Shown: piece after piece, positions 24,456 to 34,509 of the stretch
Position numbering within the stretch: the stretch's first letter is position 1
How the letters are laid out: every line of letters begins with the position of its first letter
Origin: a virus
Taxonomy: Duplodnaviria > Caudoviricetes
Length of the DNA: 51,607 nt
Strand: one strand, 5' to 3'
Virus record (IMG/VR): IMGVR_UViG_3300012940_000032
Location: 1-51,607 of that record
Program-made: the position numbers and the translations under genes
The notes under the pieces: generated by a model
What the model was told of the DNA's origin: nothing
What the model saw: the letters and a program-made list of their open reading frames with translations, nothing else
Databases searched by the model: none

Positions 24456-26921
24456 ATGAGTAAGGACTTCTACAAGGACGTTGCCCACGACTACCGCAAG
24501 GCTGGTTGGAAGGGTGTCCTCCCCATCCCGTACGAGGCCAAGGGTGAACCCCCAAATGGCTGGACCGGAGCCAGTGCCGGCTGGCCCGACAGCAAGCAGA
24601 TCCAGGCGTGGACTAGGGGTAAGCTCAAGGAGGGTAACGTAGCCCTCCGCATGCCTGAGAACGTGATCGGCATTGATGTCGACCACGGGTACAAGGGCAA
24701 GACCGGACTCGATACCCTGGCCGCCTTGGAGTCAAAGTGGGGCAAGCTCCCGCCGACGTTCACCTCTGGCTCCAGGGCAGAAGGGGGCATCCGGTACTTC
24801 CGTGTGCCTGAGGGTATGGACTTCCCAGGAGGTGCCGGGAAGGACATCGACATCATCCAGTTCCGCCATCGGTACGCCATGGTCTGGCCCTCGATCCACC
24901 CGGAGGGCAACCAGTATGTCTGGAGGGACAAGGACAACGAGCTGATCGACTATGTGCCTGGTCCTGCTGATTTCCCTGAGCTGCCTCGTGCTTGGGTTCA
25001 GGGGTTGGACAAGGGGTCATTCAGCCTCTCGCCTGAGAAGGATCTCTCCAACGCTCAGACCGAGGTCTGGCTTGAGCACCTCCGTGATGCCAACCAGGCT
25101 TGCGAAGGTGTTGAAGGTACCCTGGCTGAGGCCATTGAAGACCTGGGTGGGCAGGTAGGCAGCCGGCACGATGCTACCCTCAAGCACGTCTGGGCTCTGC
25201 TTGGCCAGGGGGCCAATGGGCACGCAGGTGTGCGTGAGGCTCTTCAGACTCTTCGGGTGGCTTATGTGGAGGCTGTTGGCGCTGACCGGAAGGGCGGGGC
25301 ACAAGAGGCTGACCACGACTTTCAGGACATGGTGTTTCGTGGTGTTCGTAAGCGAGCCACCTCTTTCCCTGAGCCCGTGGACCGGTGTGCCTGTGACTCA
25401 ATCGCTGGTACGGCGCGAGGTCAGCTTAGGTTTGCTCTGCGTCTGGCAGGCAGGGCCAAGGGCGAGATCATGTTCGTCCACAGTCTGGGCTGGATGTACT
25501 GGAACGGCAAGCAGTGGGTGAAGGACAACCTGGGCATTCCTATGCGTACCCTGCTCAAGGTCATGGAGGAGTGCAAAGAGGAAGCTCGGAGTCTCCCTCC
25601 GATCCCAGCAGCCAACCTTTGGCAGGATGTGCGCTCTTGCGAGGGCTCCAACCAGCTCAAGGGCATCCTGGAGATTGCCAAGAACCTCCCGGAGCTGGCT
25701 CACACGGTAGACGAGTTGGACGCAGACCCGCTCCTGTTCAATACGGACAACGGAATCTTGGATCTCTCCTCTGGCCAGCTCATGGAGCATGACCCCAGCA
25801 AGTTCATGACCAAGCTGGCACGAGGAGGCGTGGACAAGTACCAGACAGGACCCACGTTCACCAAGTTCATCGAGGAGATCCTGCCGGACAAGACCGTACG
25901 AGACTACATCCAGCGCCTGCTGGGGTATGCCTTGCTCGGTAAGGTGGAAGCCCACGTCCTTCCGATCTTCACGGGTACCGGGTCCAACGGCAAGTCTACT
26001 CTCCTGGAAGCAGTGATGTTCGCCTTCGGGGACTACGCCATGCCAACTGACCCAGCCCTGCTGATCGACAAGGGGCAGTCTCACCCGACCAACCAGGCTG
26101 ATCTGTTTGGGCTGCGTCTTGCCGTGACATCTGAGACCAACGAGGGTGAGAAGTTGGCTGCCAGCACGGTCAAGCGGCTGACTGGTGGTGACATGATCAA
26201 GGCCCGGTACATGAGGCAGGACTTCTTCAGCTTCAAGCCAAGTCACACGATCGTTATGGTTACCAACTACAAGCCAGAGGTGAGCGGGGACGACTCTGCG
26301 ATGTGGCGACGCATCACGGTTGTACCCTTCGACGTGGTGATCCCACCTGAGCGGATTGATACCTCCATCGGGATGAAACTGGAAGCGGAAGCTACTGCCA
26401 TCCTCACCTGGGCTGCTGAGGGCTACGCCGAGTACGTCAAGCAGGGGGGTCTCAACCCTCCGGAGGCGGTGAAGCTGAGAACGGCTGACTATCGGAGCGA
26501 GACTGACACGGTGGCTCGATTCATCCAGGAGTCCACGTACCTGTCGGACGACGAGATGAGCACCACCGGAGAGGTGTACAACGCCTACTGCGATTGGTGC
26601 CGTAGCCAAGGTGAAGAGTGGCTGCCCAAGAGCAAGTTTAAGCAGTCCTTGGACCGCCACAACATGGCCGAGGGCAGAACGGCAAAGGGCAGGTTCTACC
26701 ACAAGGCAGGCGACCCAAAAGCACGTCTGGTGGTGGGGGAGCCGAAGGAGTCCCCGGTGAGCGAAGCGAACCTTCCCGAGCCGAAGGCCACTGCCCCTGC
26801 TGCAAGTACGCAGGTAAACCCCCAGGTCAAGTCGACACCCTCACCCGAACGGGTGACACCTCTTGACCAACCCGTGACTCCAGTCGTACCTTTGTCTTAT
26901 GAGCGAACCATCGCTTTCTAG
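24456..26921 (+). CDS. Bifunctional primase-polymerase / D5-P4-type SF3 helicase
   Basis: IGIDVD prim-pol motif; D5_N WNGKQW..DADPLLFNTDNG; GTGSNGKST Walker A; KRLTGGD.I.AR. Confidence 0.93.
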   Translation: MSKDFYKDVAHDYRKAGWKGVLPIPYEAKGEPPNGWTGASAGWPDSKQIQAWTRGKLKEGNVALRMPENVIGIDVDHGYKGKTGLDTLAALESKWGKLPPTFTSGSRAEGGIRYFRVPEGMDFPGGAGKDIDIIQFRHRYAMVWPSIHPEGNQYVWRDKDNELIDYVPGPADFPELPRAWVQGLDKGSFSLSPEKDLSNAQTEVWLEHLRDANQACEGVEGTLAEAIEDLGGQVGSRHDATLKHVWALLGQGANGHAGVREALQTLRVAYVEAVGADRKGGAQEADHDFQDMVFRGVRKRATSFPEPVDRCACDSIAGTARGQLRFALRLAGRAKGEIMFVHSLGWMYWNGKQWVKDNLGIPMRTLLKVMEECKEEARSLPPIPAANLWQDVRSCEGSNQLKGILEIAKNLPELAHTVDELDADPLLFNTDNGILDLSSGQLMEHDPSKFMTKLARGGVDKYQTGPTFTKFIEEILPDKTVRDYIQRLLGYALLGKVEAHVLPIFTGTGSNGKSTLLEAVMFAFGDYAMPTDPALLIDKGQSHPTNQADLFGLRLAVTSETNEGEKLAASTVKRLTGGDMIKARYMRQDFFSFKPSHTIVMVTNYKPEVSGDDSAMWRRITVVPFDVVIPPERIDTSIGMKLEAEATAILTWAAEGYAEYVKQGGLNPPEAVKLRTADYRSETDTVARFIQESTYLSDDEMSTTGEVYNAYCDWCRSQGEEWLPKSKFKQSLDRHNMAEGRTAKGRFYHKAGDPKARLVVGEPKESPVSEANLPEPKATAPAASTQVNPQVKSTPSPERVTPLDQPVTPVVPLSYERTIAF

Positions 26922-27025
26922 ACATCGGGGGGTATGCGGGATGGGGGAGTACCGCAGAAGATGAGATGAGGGGCTGGCTTAGGCTGGCCCCTCATGCTAT
27001 ACTGGGAGAACATGAGAGGAGGAAC

Positions 27026-28912
27026 ATGGAGATTGACATCAGGTGGGGCGAACTGCCTCCAATGGACAAGCCAGCTCTTTTTGGGTTAGACGTTGAAGGC
27101 AAGCAGAAGAGCGTTAGACTCGTCCAAATCGCAGACGGCACCACAGTCTACCTGTATGACATGGCAGACCCAGAGCAGTGGAAGATGGCTGCCAAGGTCC
27201 TGTCAAACGAGAAGCTGGAGTTCGTGTCCCATTCGAGGTACGATCCGAACACTGCCTGGTGGAGCATGGGGATTGACCTGACCGGCAGGTTGCGAGACTC
27301 GTATCTACTGGCCTGCCTGGTCTACCCCGGGGGTCACCACCCTCATGGCCTGAAGGCCCTGTCAACCAAGCACATCGACAGTAGGCTTGAGGAGACCGAG
27401 GCCAAGCTCCACCAGGTCTTCAAGGAGACCTACGGGGGCAAGAAGGCAGACTACCTGGAGCGGGGATACAACGAACTGGACGTGCACCATCCAGTCTATG
27501 AGCTGTACTCGGCTCTCGATGCTGCCTACTGCCTGAGGCTCTACCATGAGCTGAAGAAGAAGCAGATGGTGACCGGGAAGGTGTTCTTCAAGCAGCAGCG
27601 ACAGTCAGATGCTCTGGGTGGTGCGTCCATTCGGGGCATGATGGTGGACCGGGAACGCACTCGTCGCCTGCTGGATGAGGCAGAGGCCAACGTGGCTGAG
27701 GCCAACCGGAGGATGCAGGATCTTCTCGGGGTACCGGCTGGCTCGATCAAGGTGGGCCAGTGGCTGGAGGATCAGGGTGTTCCGCTGTTGGAGCGCACAG
27801 ACTCCGGAGGGCCCAAGCTGGACAAGCACGTGCTCAAGGTCCTGGTGCCCAAGTACGACGAGGACACCGAGGTTGGCCAGGTGCTACGAGCCCGGTACCT
27901 GAGGGCCAAGTCGTCCAACCGCAAGGCCAACCTGGCGAACTACCTGAAGTTCAGTGAGTTCGACGGGTTCGTCCATCCGGACTTCAAGACTGCGATTGCA
28001 GCAACCGGGCGCATGAGCGTCACCGATCCTGCTATGCAGACCCTGAGCAAGGAGGAGGGCGAGGACAGCCTGCGAGGTTGTTTCGTGGCCAGGCCAGGGC
28101 ATGTGTTCCTCGGGGCTGATTTCGATACCCAGGAGATGCGCCTTTCAGCTGCCTTGTCAGGTGATGAGATCCTGGCTGAACGAGTGCTGTCCGGGGTGGA
28201 CCTGCACAAGCTGGCCGCTGAGGCCATCGTCGGCCCGGAGAAGTGGGCAGCCATGAGTCCTGCGGAGCAGAAGAAGGCACGAGATACCGTGGGTAAGACA
28301 GGGAACTTTGCCTGTCAGTATGGTGTCGGTGGGTTCGGGTTCGCTAAGCAGTCAGGCCTGGAGGTCTGGGCTGAGGTTGTCCGACGCTCATACGGCTCGG
28401 ATGAGCTGGAGGTCCTGGCTACCTTCCCCACCATGGAGGAGGCGGTTGCGTACGCGAACGAACAGGACTATGCTTGGGTTCGTGCTGCTGGTCCTGCTGC
28501 TGACGCGGTACACGCGTGGTGGTCTCAGTACCCTCGGCTCCAAGCGTGGAATGAGGAGAACAAGCGTAAGACCAAGAATCATGAGTGGCCTGACGGGTGC
28601 ATCACCCTTGACAGTGGACGCAAGCTTCCGGTAGACTTTGCACATGCTTGTACGAACTACTGGGTCCAAGGGACCGGTCGGGACATCACTGGCACCGCCA
28701 TCGAGATCATTGACGATGTGATGCCAGGGGTCCTGGCGATGGTGATTCACGATGAGTTGCTACTTGAGGTTCCGGAGAGTAGAATTGAAGAAGGACTAGA
28801 GGCGCTGACGCAGGCGATGAATTTTGAGTTCGTTTCGACCGTATGCGATGGGATACCTATGCCAATTAGTGCTACTGCCGAGGTGGTGGGTCCTCGATGG
28901 AGGAAGCTCTAG
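27026..28912 (+). CDS. DNA polymerase, family A
   Basis: GLDVE exo I, YSALDA exo III, TGRMS, ADFDTQEMR, KTGNFACQYG, NYWVQG, IHDE; GAGGAGG RBS. Confidence 0.95.
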   Translation: MEIDIRWGELPPMDKPALFGLDVEGKQKSVRLVQIADGTTVYLYDMADPEQWKMAAKVLSNEKLEFVSHSRYDPNTAWWSMGIDLTGRLRDSYLLACLVYPGGHHPHGLKALSTKHIDSRLEETEAKLHQVFKETYGGKKADYLERGYNELDVHHPVYELYSALDAAYCLRLYHELKKKQMVTGKVFFKQQRQSDALGGASIRGMMVDRERTRRLLDEAEANVAEANRRMQDLLGVPAGSIKVGQWLEDQGVPLLERTDSGGPKLDKHVLKVLVPKYDEDTEVGQVLRARYLRAKSSNRKANLANYLKFSEFDGFVHPDFKTAIAATGRMSVTDPAMQTLSKEEGEDSLRGCFVARPGHVFLGADFDTQEMRLSAALSGDEILAERVLSGVDLHKLAAEAIVGPEKWAAMSPAEQKKARDTVGKTGNFACQYGVGGFGFAKQSGLEVWAEVVRRSYGSDELEVLATFPTMEEAVAYANEQDYAWVRAAGPAADAVHAWWSQYPRLQAWNEENKRKTKNHEWPDGCITLDSGRKLPVDFAHACTNYWVQGTGRDITGTAIEIIDDVMPGVLAMVIHDELLLEVPESRIEEGLEALTQAMNFEFVSTVCDGIPMPISATAEVVGPRWRKL

Positions 28913-29352
28913 CGTGCAGGGATAAGCAGGGTACCGTGGCCGGCTACCATCGGCACCGGTACTACAAGCAGGAGGTATGCGACCCTTGTCGGTTGGCCTT
29001 CAACGATTACAGACAAAAGGAGCGAGACGGGCGTTCTCCTGAGTGGCGGGAGGGCCATAAAAGGTACATGAGAGCGTACGGCTTGCGCAAGAAGTACGGA
29101 ATCACAGAAGATCAGTTCTCCGCCATACTAGAAGCACAAGGTGGTACGTGTGCGATCTGCTGGGCTAGGGAGCCTGGAGGGAGAAACTGGTGCGTAGACC
29201 ACGACCACTCCTGCTGCCCTGGGAAGCAGACATGTGGGAAGTGCATTCGAGGGTTGCTTTGTGTCAACTGCAATGGTAAGCTAGGTTGGTACGAGGCCAA
29301 CCAGCTTGAGGTAGGCTGGTACCTACAGAGAGGGAGAAATCGACAATGCTGA
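28897..29352 (+). CDS. Endonuclease VII-family nuclease
   Basis: KYGIT..QGGTCAIC..VDHDH..RGLLC..CN. Confidence 0.88.
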   Translation: MEEALACRDKQGTVAGYHRHRYYKQEVCDPCRLAFNDYRQKERDGRSPEWREGHKRYMRAYGLRKKYGITEDQFSAILEAQGGTCAICWAREPGGRNWCVDHDHSCCPGKQTCGKCIRGLLCVNCNGKLGWYEANQLEVGWYLQRGRNRQC

Positions 29353-29663
29353 TCGGAAACACGATGCTGGTCCAGGTGGCTGGTGTGGACCAGAGCGAGT
29401 GGTACGATTGGGAGCGGATGGACATCCTATTCGACCCGGAGACCAAGACGTACTACCTGTACCAGGATTCAGGCTGTTCCTGCTCGTACCCGTACGAGAA
29501 CGTGGACAGCCTGGAGGACCTGACCAAGCTGGAGGGTAGGTTCGACGCCCTGGCTCGAGTCACGTACTACATCCAGACCAGCAAGGGGTACTTCGACTTC
29601 GATTCTGTCGTGGCCCTGGGTGAGATCGAGAAGCTGGCAAACTTCAAGGAGGAGAGCGCATGA
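29346..29663 (+). CDS. Phage hypothetical protein (DSGCSC motif)
   Basis: YLYQDSGCSCSYP. Confidence 0.7.
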   Translation: MLIGNTMLVQVAGVDQSEWYDWERMDILFDPETKTYYLYQDSGCSCSYPYENVDSLEDLTKLEGRFDALARVTYYIQTSKGYFDFDSVVALGEIEKLANFKEESA

Positions 29664-30145
29664 GTAAGCTGCGCACGGAGAGGGCCCGCGACGGCGAGCC
29701 GCTGGACGCGGACCCGGACAGCATGAGCTACGAGGAAGCCGAGTATTGGTGCCGCATGGACGACTACGACGCGGCGGAGGACACCCCCCGCAAGCCCGAG
29801 CCAGGCGACCGGGTGCGCGTCAGCTACGAGGCTGAGTATCACGAGCATGCGGACGATGGGCACTTCGTTCGTCCCAATGACCTTGACTTTCCGATCCTCA
29901 CGCCGTCTGACGTAGAGATCACGGTCATCGAACCCGCACGCCCGGCCGTGCCGGAGGATCCGAAGTGCGACGTGGAAGAGGAGGCAGGGCTTGACGTCCT
30001 TCCGTGGCGCTACAACGGATCTCGATACAACAACGAGCACGGCCAGGTCTTGACTTGGGACCGGCTGTGGGCCACGTCGCAGGAGATCGGGTCGAAGCTG
30101 TACCCGATCAGGTACGAGCGCGGGCCGGTGATCGGCGGTGAGTGA
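29660..30145 (+). CDS. Hypothetical protein
   Basis: AAGGAGGAG RBS, ATGA coupling; more CG-rich codons than neighbours. Confidence 0.7.
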   Translation: MSKLRTERARDGEPLDADPDSMSYEEAEYWCRMDDYDAAEDTPRKPEPGDRVRVSYEAEYHEHADDGHFVRPNDLDFPILTPSDVEITVIEPARPAVPEDPKCDVEEEAGLDVLPWRYNGSRYNNEHGQVLTWDRLWATSQEIGSKLYPIRYERGPVIGGE

Positions 30146-30234
30146 ACGACCAAGCGCGACGAGCTTGACGGTTTCTACGTCGGCAACGATCTGCGTGAGC
30201 TCTACGCCCGGATCGCGGAGGGGCAGGAGAAGTA

Positions 30235-30651
30235 ATGGGTGAGGAAGAGCGTCTGTGCAAGTGGTGCCTCAAGCCACTTACCGGGCGCCTATCCCAGATC
30301 TACTGCTCACCTCGGTGCGGTACCCTGTACCGGAAGGACGAGGCGTACTTCGGAGGAAACCTTCGAAATACCTTGGGCTGGGAGTCGAGAACCTGCCAGA
30401 TCTGCGGTAAAGTAGAGGGCAAGAAGGGTGGGTTCCAGTCCCACCATGTGTACGGCAGAGCCAACGACGAAGAGGGCAACTTCCTCGTCCTGTTGTGCCC
30501 CGGGTGTCACCAGGCCATCACCCTGCTAGGGAATCGGGTGTTGACCGAGGAGATCTGGGAGAGGATCATCATGTACGCTACGTTGAGGAAGAGGGGCAAG
30601 GAACATCTTGCCTCCGTGATAGTGAGGGTAGAAGCGGAGGTAGTGGAGTGA
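30235..30651 (+). CDS. HNH endonuclease
   Basis: CKWC..YCS..C; CQICG..HHV..LLCPGCH. Confidence 0.8.
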   Translation: MGEEERLCKWCLKPLTGRLSQIYCSPRCGTLYRKDEAYFGGNLRNTLGWESRTCQICGKVEGKKGGFQSHHVYGRANDEEGNFLVLLCPGCHQAITLLGNRVLTEEIWERIIMYATLRKRGKEHLASVIVRVEAEVVE

Positions 30652-31148
30652 GCCTGAAAATTGGTGTTGCAGAGGACGGCACTAAGTACGTGTACGACTC
30701 TGATGCGGGAGGCAAGATCCTGGCTAAAGGCTTTCAATACCGGGATCAAGCTCATCAGTGGATTTCGGGTCGGGAGGTTCCTCAGCGAGTGGTTATTGGG
30801 GAGGGTTCTGTAGATAAGCAGTACTTCGAGGACCCTGAGACTGGAGCCAAGAAGGAGATCAAGAAGGCACAACTCGGGGCCATCGACCCCAAGGCTCTCC
30901 TGTTGCTGGCAGAAGCTGCCGGGTACGGGGCAGAAAAGTACGAGCAGTACAACTACCTGAAGGGTTACCCGTGGTCGCTGTCGTTTAACGCGATGATGCG
31001 GCACGCTCTGGCCTTCTGGAACGGGGAGGACCTGGACCCTGAGTCCGGGCTGCCGCACATGGTCCATGCTGCGTGGCATGGGCTGGCGATGACCAGCTTC
31101 CTGACTCGGGAGCTGGGTGTGGATGACCGATTCAAAGAGGGAGAGTAA
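30648..31148 (+). CDS. DUF5664 dATP/dGTP diphosphohydrolase-like protein
   Basis: YGAEKY..NY.KG..AMMRH..GEDLDPESGLPHMVHA. Confidence 0.88.
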   Translation: MSLKIGVAEDGTKYVYDSDAGGKILAKGFQYRDQAHQWISGREVPQRVVIGEGSVDKQYFEDPETGAKKEIKKAQLGAIDPKALLLLAEAAGYGAEKYEQYNYLKGYPWSLSFNAMMRHALAFWNGEDLDPESGLPHMVHAAWHGLAMTSFLTRELGVDDRFKEGE

Positions 31149-31442
31149 ATGGACACGGCACAGACTGATCAGCTTCAGGCACAGATCAACGACGACCTGG
31201 CTGACCTCATCGACATCGCCTACTCGGCGGCAGTTTACCGGAGCGAGGGGGACCACGACACCGAGCAGGAGTTGATGGATGCGTACGCCATCGCCCTGGC
31301 CACCCTTCCTCGGGAGCGACTGATCTTCATCCTTGACCGAGCGCTGAATATGGTGGCAGCTCAGTTCGCCATCGAAGAGGGCAGAGAGGATCTTCTCTTG
31401 GAGCCTCCGGTCAGTCTGGATGACATGCCTCCCCTGGACTAA
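31149..31442 (+). CDS. Acidic hypothetical protein
   Basis: GGGAGAG RBS. Confidence 0.7.
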   Translation: MDTAQTDQLQAQINDDLADLIDIAYSAAVYRSEGDHDTEQELMDAYAIALATLPRERLIFILDRALNMVAAQFAIEEGREDLLLEPPVSLDDMPPLD

Positions 31443-31767
31443 GGTGGAGTGCGAGATTGATGGGTGCCACAAGCTGATCCATGCCCTGGGGTTGTGCCGG
31501 AGGCATTATGATCTTGTACGCAGGTACAAGCTCGACCGGTACAACCTCAGGGATCTGGAGAACACCGTCCTATGCGACGCGTGCGGGCAACCATCGGATA
31601 GTCTGGTCGTAGACCACAATCACAACCACAATCATCCAGACGGCGAGACCTGCCCCGATTGTGTGCGGGGCTTTTTGTGCAGAGAGTGCAACTTGATCCT
31701 GGGGATGGCTGAGGATGATCCGGTCAAGCTGGAGAAGCTGGCCGAGTATGCAAGGAGACGAGCTTGA
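31420..31767 (+). CDS. Endonuclease VII-family nuclease
   Basis: GLCRRHY; CDAC..VDHNH..VRGFLCRECN.ILG..DD. Confidence 0.8.
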   Translation: MTCLPWTKVECEIDGCHKLIHALGLCRRHYDLVRRYKLDRYNLRDLENTVLCDACGQPSDSLVVDHNHNHNHPDGETCPDCVRGFLCRECNLILGMAEDDPVKLEKLAEYARRRA

Positions 31768-31792
31768 CAAATAGGACGAATGAGGGTACACT
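31764..31792 (+). promoter_or_regulatory. Housekeeping-sigma promoter upstream of nrdJ
   Basis: TTGACA-N17-TACACT. Confidence 0.7.
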
Positions 31793-31955
31793 GGAAGAGC
31801 GCATTCGCTCACTGGCCAGTCGCCTGTGGGAGAGCGCGGACGATCCTGCCATGGACGTGGAGGATTTTCAGCAAGATCTACTGCTGTGGTCCCACATCCT
31901 TGGGGTAGAGACATTTACTGATTTTCTGGCATGGTACGAGAAGGAGCTTGCATGA
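31764..31955 (+). CDS. Small hypothetical protein
   Basis: AAGGAG RBS, TTG start coupled to upstream stop. Confidence 0.55.
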   Translation: MTNRTNEGTLEERIRSLASRLWESADDPAMDVEDFQQDLLLWSHILGVETFTDFLAWYEKELA

Positions 31956-34063
31956 CCCACCCTGGAGACAACGACTTTGGTCGGTACATCAACGAGATCA
32001 CCAAGAAGATGAAGCCGGTACTTGACCGGCTGGCTCCTACTGACCATGAGCCTCGCTGGGGCAGCTCTGGTGAGACCGTGTTCCAGCGCACGTATGCTCG
32101 GACCAAGCCGGACGGCAGTAAGGAGAGCTGGTACGACACGGTTGTTCGAGTGGTGGATGGGAACCTCGCCCTTGTGGACGAGAAGTACCACGAGAAGGAC
32201 GAGCGTCGCAAGCTCATCGACATGATCTACAACTTCAAGATGCTTCCTGCTGGTCGGCACCTGTGGGCCACGGGGGTGCCGGGGGCTCAGTATCTGATCA
32301 ACTGTTTCGTGAGTCACTGGACGGATAAGCCCTCGGACCACTTTGAGTACTCGTTCCTGCGGGCCATGGAAGGTGGAGGGGTTGGTACAAACTACAGTAC
32401 AAAGTACCTGCCCACCCAGACGATCAGCCCCAAGCAGCTCAAGGTGCACATCGTGTGCGACGAGTGGAACCAGGACTACCAGACCATGGAGGACCAGGGG
32501 CTTCTCAGCCACGAGTACGGTCAGGAGTGGACCGGGGCGTACGAGGTTGAGGACTCGCGTGAGGGTTGGGCCGCTGCTATCGTGGACCTGATCGATACGT
32601 ACTTCCGGGATGATGTCAAGAACGTCAACCGGGTGTACGACGTCACCAAGGTCCGTCCGTCCGGGGCTCGCCTGAAGCACTTCGGCGGGACTGCCTCCGG
32701 TCCGGCTCCTCTGGCTCGCGCCATGATCGAGCTGTCTGAGTTGCTGAACGAATGGAACGGGGAGCAGCTCAACCCGCTGCTGGCCATGGAGATGGACCAC
32801 ATCCTGGCCCAGTGTGTGGTCGCAGGTGGTGTCCGCCGAACCGCTCGAATGTCCATCGTGGAGTGGGATGACCCTGACATCATGGACTTCATCTACTGCA
32901 AGCAGGACACCACCAAGCACTGGACCACGAACATCTCGGTGGCCATCGATCAGGAGTTCCTGGATCTTGTGGAAGCCGAAGACATTCGAGCGGTTCGGAT
33001 CTTGCAGGCAGTGGCTACCGCTATGGTGGACAACGGGGAACCGGGAATGGTGAACCTGGGGCTGGCACGGGAGACCGACCCTGACGTTGTGTGCTGTAAT
33101 CCTTGCGGAGAGCAATTCCTCTCCCCGTGGGATGCCTGCAACCTCGGCCACGTCAACCTCGGGGCCTTCCCGGATGCCCTGCACGAGGAGGGCAAGGAGT
33201 ACGATGAGTTGGTGGAGGCCCACCGGCTTATGGCTCGGATGCTGGTCCGTGCTACCTTCGGGGACAAGAACGACCCCAAGCAGAAGGAGACGATCGAGCG
33301 CAACCGACGCATTGGTGTGGGACACTTCGGGTACGCCTCGTTCGTGGCGCTCAACGGGATCTACTACTCGGACTCCTGGCGAGAGAAGTCGGTCCAGGGG
33401 TTGCTGGAGGACCTGTTCGATGTGGTGAAGGAGTCTGCTGACCAGTACGCCCACCAGCTCCGCATCCCGGCTCCTCTCAAGTACACCACCATCGCTCCCA
33501 CGGGGTCGATCGCAAAGCTCCCAGGAGAGACCGAGGGCATCCACCCGGTGATGTTCCCGTACTACCTGCGTCGTATCCGCTTCAACAAGGCCCGCCCCAG
33601 CGAAGCCCAGCAGTTGGCGGACTACGAGGCCAAGGGCTTCAACGTGGAGCGCGACATCTACGACAAGAACGGTAACACCTGGGTCGTGGAGATCCCATCC
33701 AAGGACCCACTGGTTGACCGCGTGGTTGCTCGTGGGTACTCTGAGAAGGTGGTGGAGGCCAGCAACACGATCGAACCTGAGCAGATGCTGGCGGTTCAGA
33801 GGATGTACCAGCGCCACTACGCTGACAACGCAGTGTCCTACACGGTGAACTTCACCCCAGGAACGATTGCCCCGGAAGGGATGGCTAAGATCCTCCTGGA
33901 GTTCCTTCCGGATCTGAAGGGTACCACAGTGTTTGCTGCTGAGTCTCGTCCTCAGAGCCCGTACGAGGAGATCAGCAAGGCAGAGTTCGAGCTGTTCGAG
34001 GCCACGGTGGTGGCTGACTCGGTGGATGAAGAGTGCAGCTCGGGTGCTTGCCCGATCCGCTGA
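31952..34063 (+). CDS. nrdJ: Class II (B12-dependent) ribonucleotide reductase
   Basis: PAGRHLW, INC, VVAGGVRRTA, NPCGEQ, CNLG, TIAPTGS, C-terminal CSSGACPIR. Confidence 0.95.
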   Translation: MTHPGDNDFGRYINEITKKMKPVLDRLAPTDHEPRWGSSGETVFQRTYARTKPDGSKESWYDTVVRVVDGNLALVDEKYHEKDERRKLIDMIYNFKMLPAGRHLWATGVPGAQYLINCFVSHWTDKPSDHFEYSFLRAMEGGGVGTNYSTKYLPTQTISPKQLKVHIVCDEWNQDYQTMEDQGLLSHEYGQEWTGAYEVEDSREGWAAAIVDLIDTYFRDDVKNVNRVYDVTKVRPSGARLKHFGGTASGPAPLARAMIELSELLNEWNGEQLNPLLAMEMDHILAQCVVAGGVRRTARMSIVEWDDPDIMDFIYCKQDTTKHWTTNISVAIDQEFLDLVEAEDIRAVRILQAVATAMVDNGEPGMVNLGLARETDPDVVCCNPCGEQFLSPWDACNLGHVNLGAFPDALHEEGKEYDELVEAHRLMARMLVRATFGDKNDPKQKETIERNRRIGVGHFGYASFVALNGIYYSDSWREKSVQGLLEDLFDVVKESADQYAHQLRIPAPLKYTTIAPTGSIAKLPGETEGIHPVMFPYYLRRIRFNKARPSEAQQLADYEAKGFNVERDIYDKNGNTWVVEIPSKDPLVDRVVARGYSEKVVEASNTIEPEQMLAVQRMYQRHYADNAVSYTVNFTPGTIAPEGMAKILLEFLPDLKGTTVFAAESRPQSPYEEISKAEFELFEATVVADSVDEECSSGACPIR

Positions 34064-34070
34064 GTGAGTT

Positions 34071-34112
34071 GAGGGCCTGGGGTTGACAAGCTCCAGGCCC
34101 TCTTGCTAGGGT
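34071..34112 (+). promoter_or_regulatory. Hairpin after nrdJ overlapping a promoter
   Basis: GAGGGCCTGGGG/CTCCAGGCCCTC with TTGACA at the apex; N18 then TAGGGT. Confidence 0.65.
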
Positions 34113-34118
34113 TGGGTC

Positions 34119-34232
34119 ATGGACAAGTTCGGATTTCTACTGATCGTACTGGCGTTCGTATACCCAGTGCAGGGATTCATCAGGTCGGCACTCAAGGATG
34201 TCAAGAAGGAGATGGGCGATGCGACACGATGA
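34119..34232 (+). CDS. Leaderless small membrane peptide (37 aa)
   Basis: ATG 6 nt after -10; MDKFGFLLIVLAFVYPV. Confidence 0.5.
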   Translation: MDKFGFLLIVLAFVYPVQGFIRSALKDVKKEMGDATR

Positions 34233-34500
34233 CGGAGGGCTCAACTACCAGAGCTGGTGGAGTCTGGACCGGCACATCTGCAACGAGGTTTATCGAGGGG
34301 TCAAGGCTCTCAGGGAGCACGGGCACTCCCACCCGGACAGCTTGACACCCGAACAGTGGCACAGTATTCTCAAGGGTATCGAGGACGACCTGTTCGAGTA
34401 CGTCACGAAGGACGTGACGGAGCTGGATGCACACGACCGGTACGTTGCCAAGCGAGGTCTCCGAACGTTCGCGGAGCACCTTGGCCAGATGTGGGATTGA
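34219..34500 (+). CDS. Phage hypothetical protein
   Basis: AAGGAG RBS; WSLD..HP..W..IL..WD pattern. Confidence 0.7.
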   Translation: MRHDDGGLNYQSWWSLDRHICNEVYRGVKALREHGHSHPDSLTPEQWHSILKGIEDDLFEYVTKDVTELDAHDRYVAKRGLRTFAEHLGQMWD

Positions 34501-34509
34501 GGAGAGAAC

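Noticed and set aside
30648-31148. 2-aminoadenine (Z) genome system
   Set aside because: DUF5664 is present but no PurZ-like gene is visible in the window
31868-33817. 649-aa minus-strand ORF antisense to nrdJ (also 1878-2804, 6227-7417, 25398-26702, 40669-42000)
   Set aside because: Shadow ORFs expected from GC-rich codon bias; no recognisable motifs or RBS
5801-34063. Inteins or group I introns in terL, polymerase, primase or nrdJ
   Set aside because: Proteins are of normal length and uninterrupted; the HNH and EndoVII genes are free-standing
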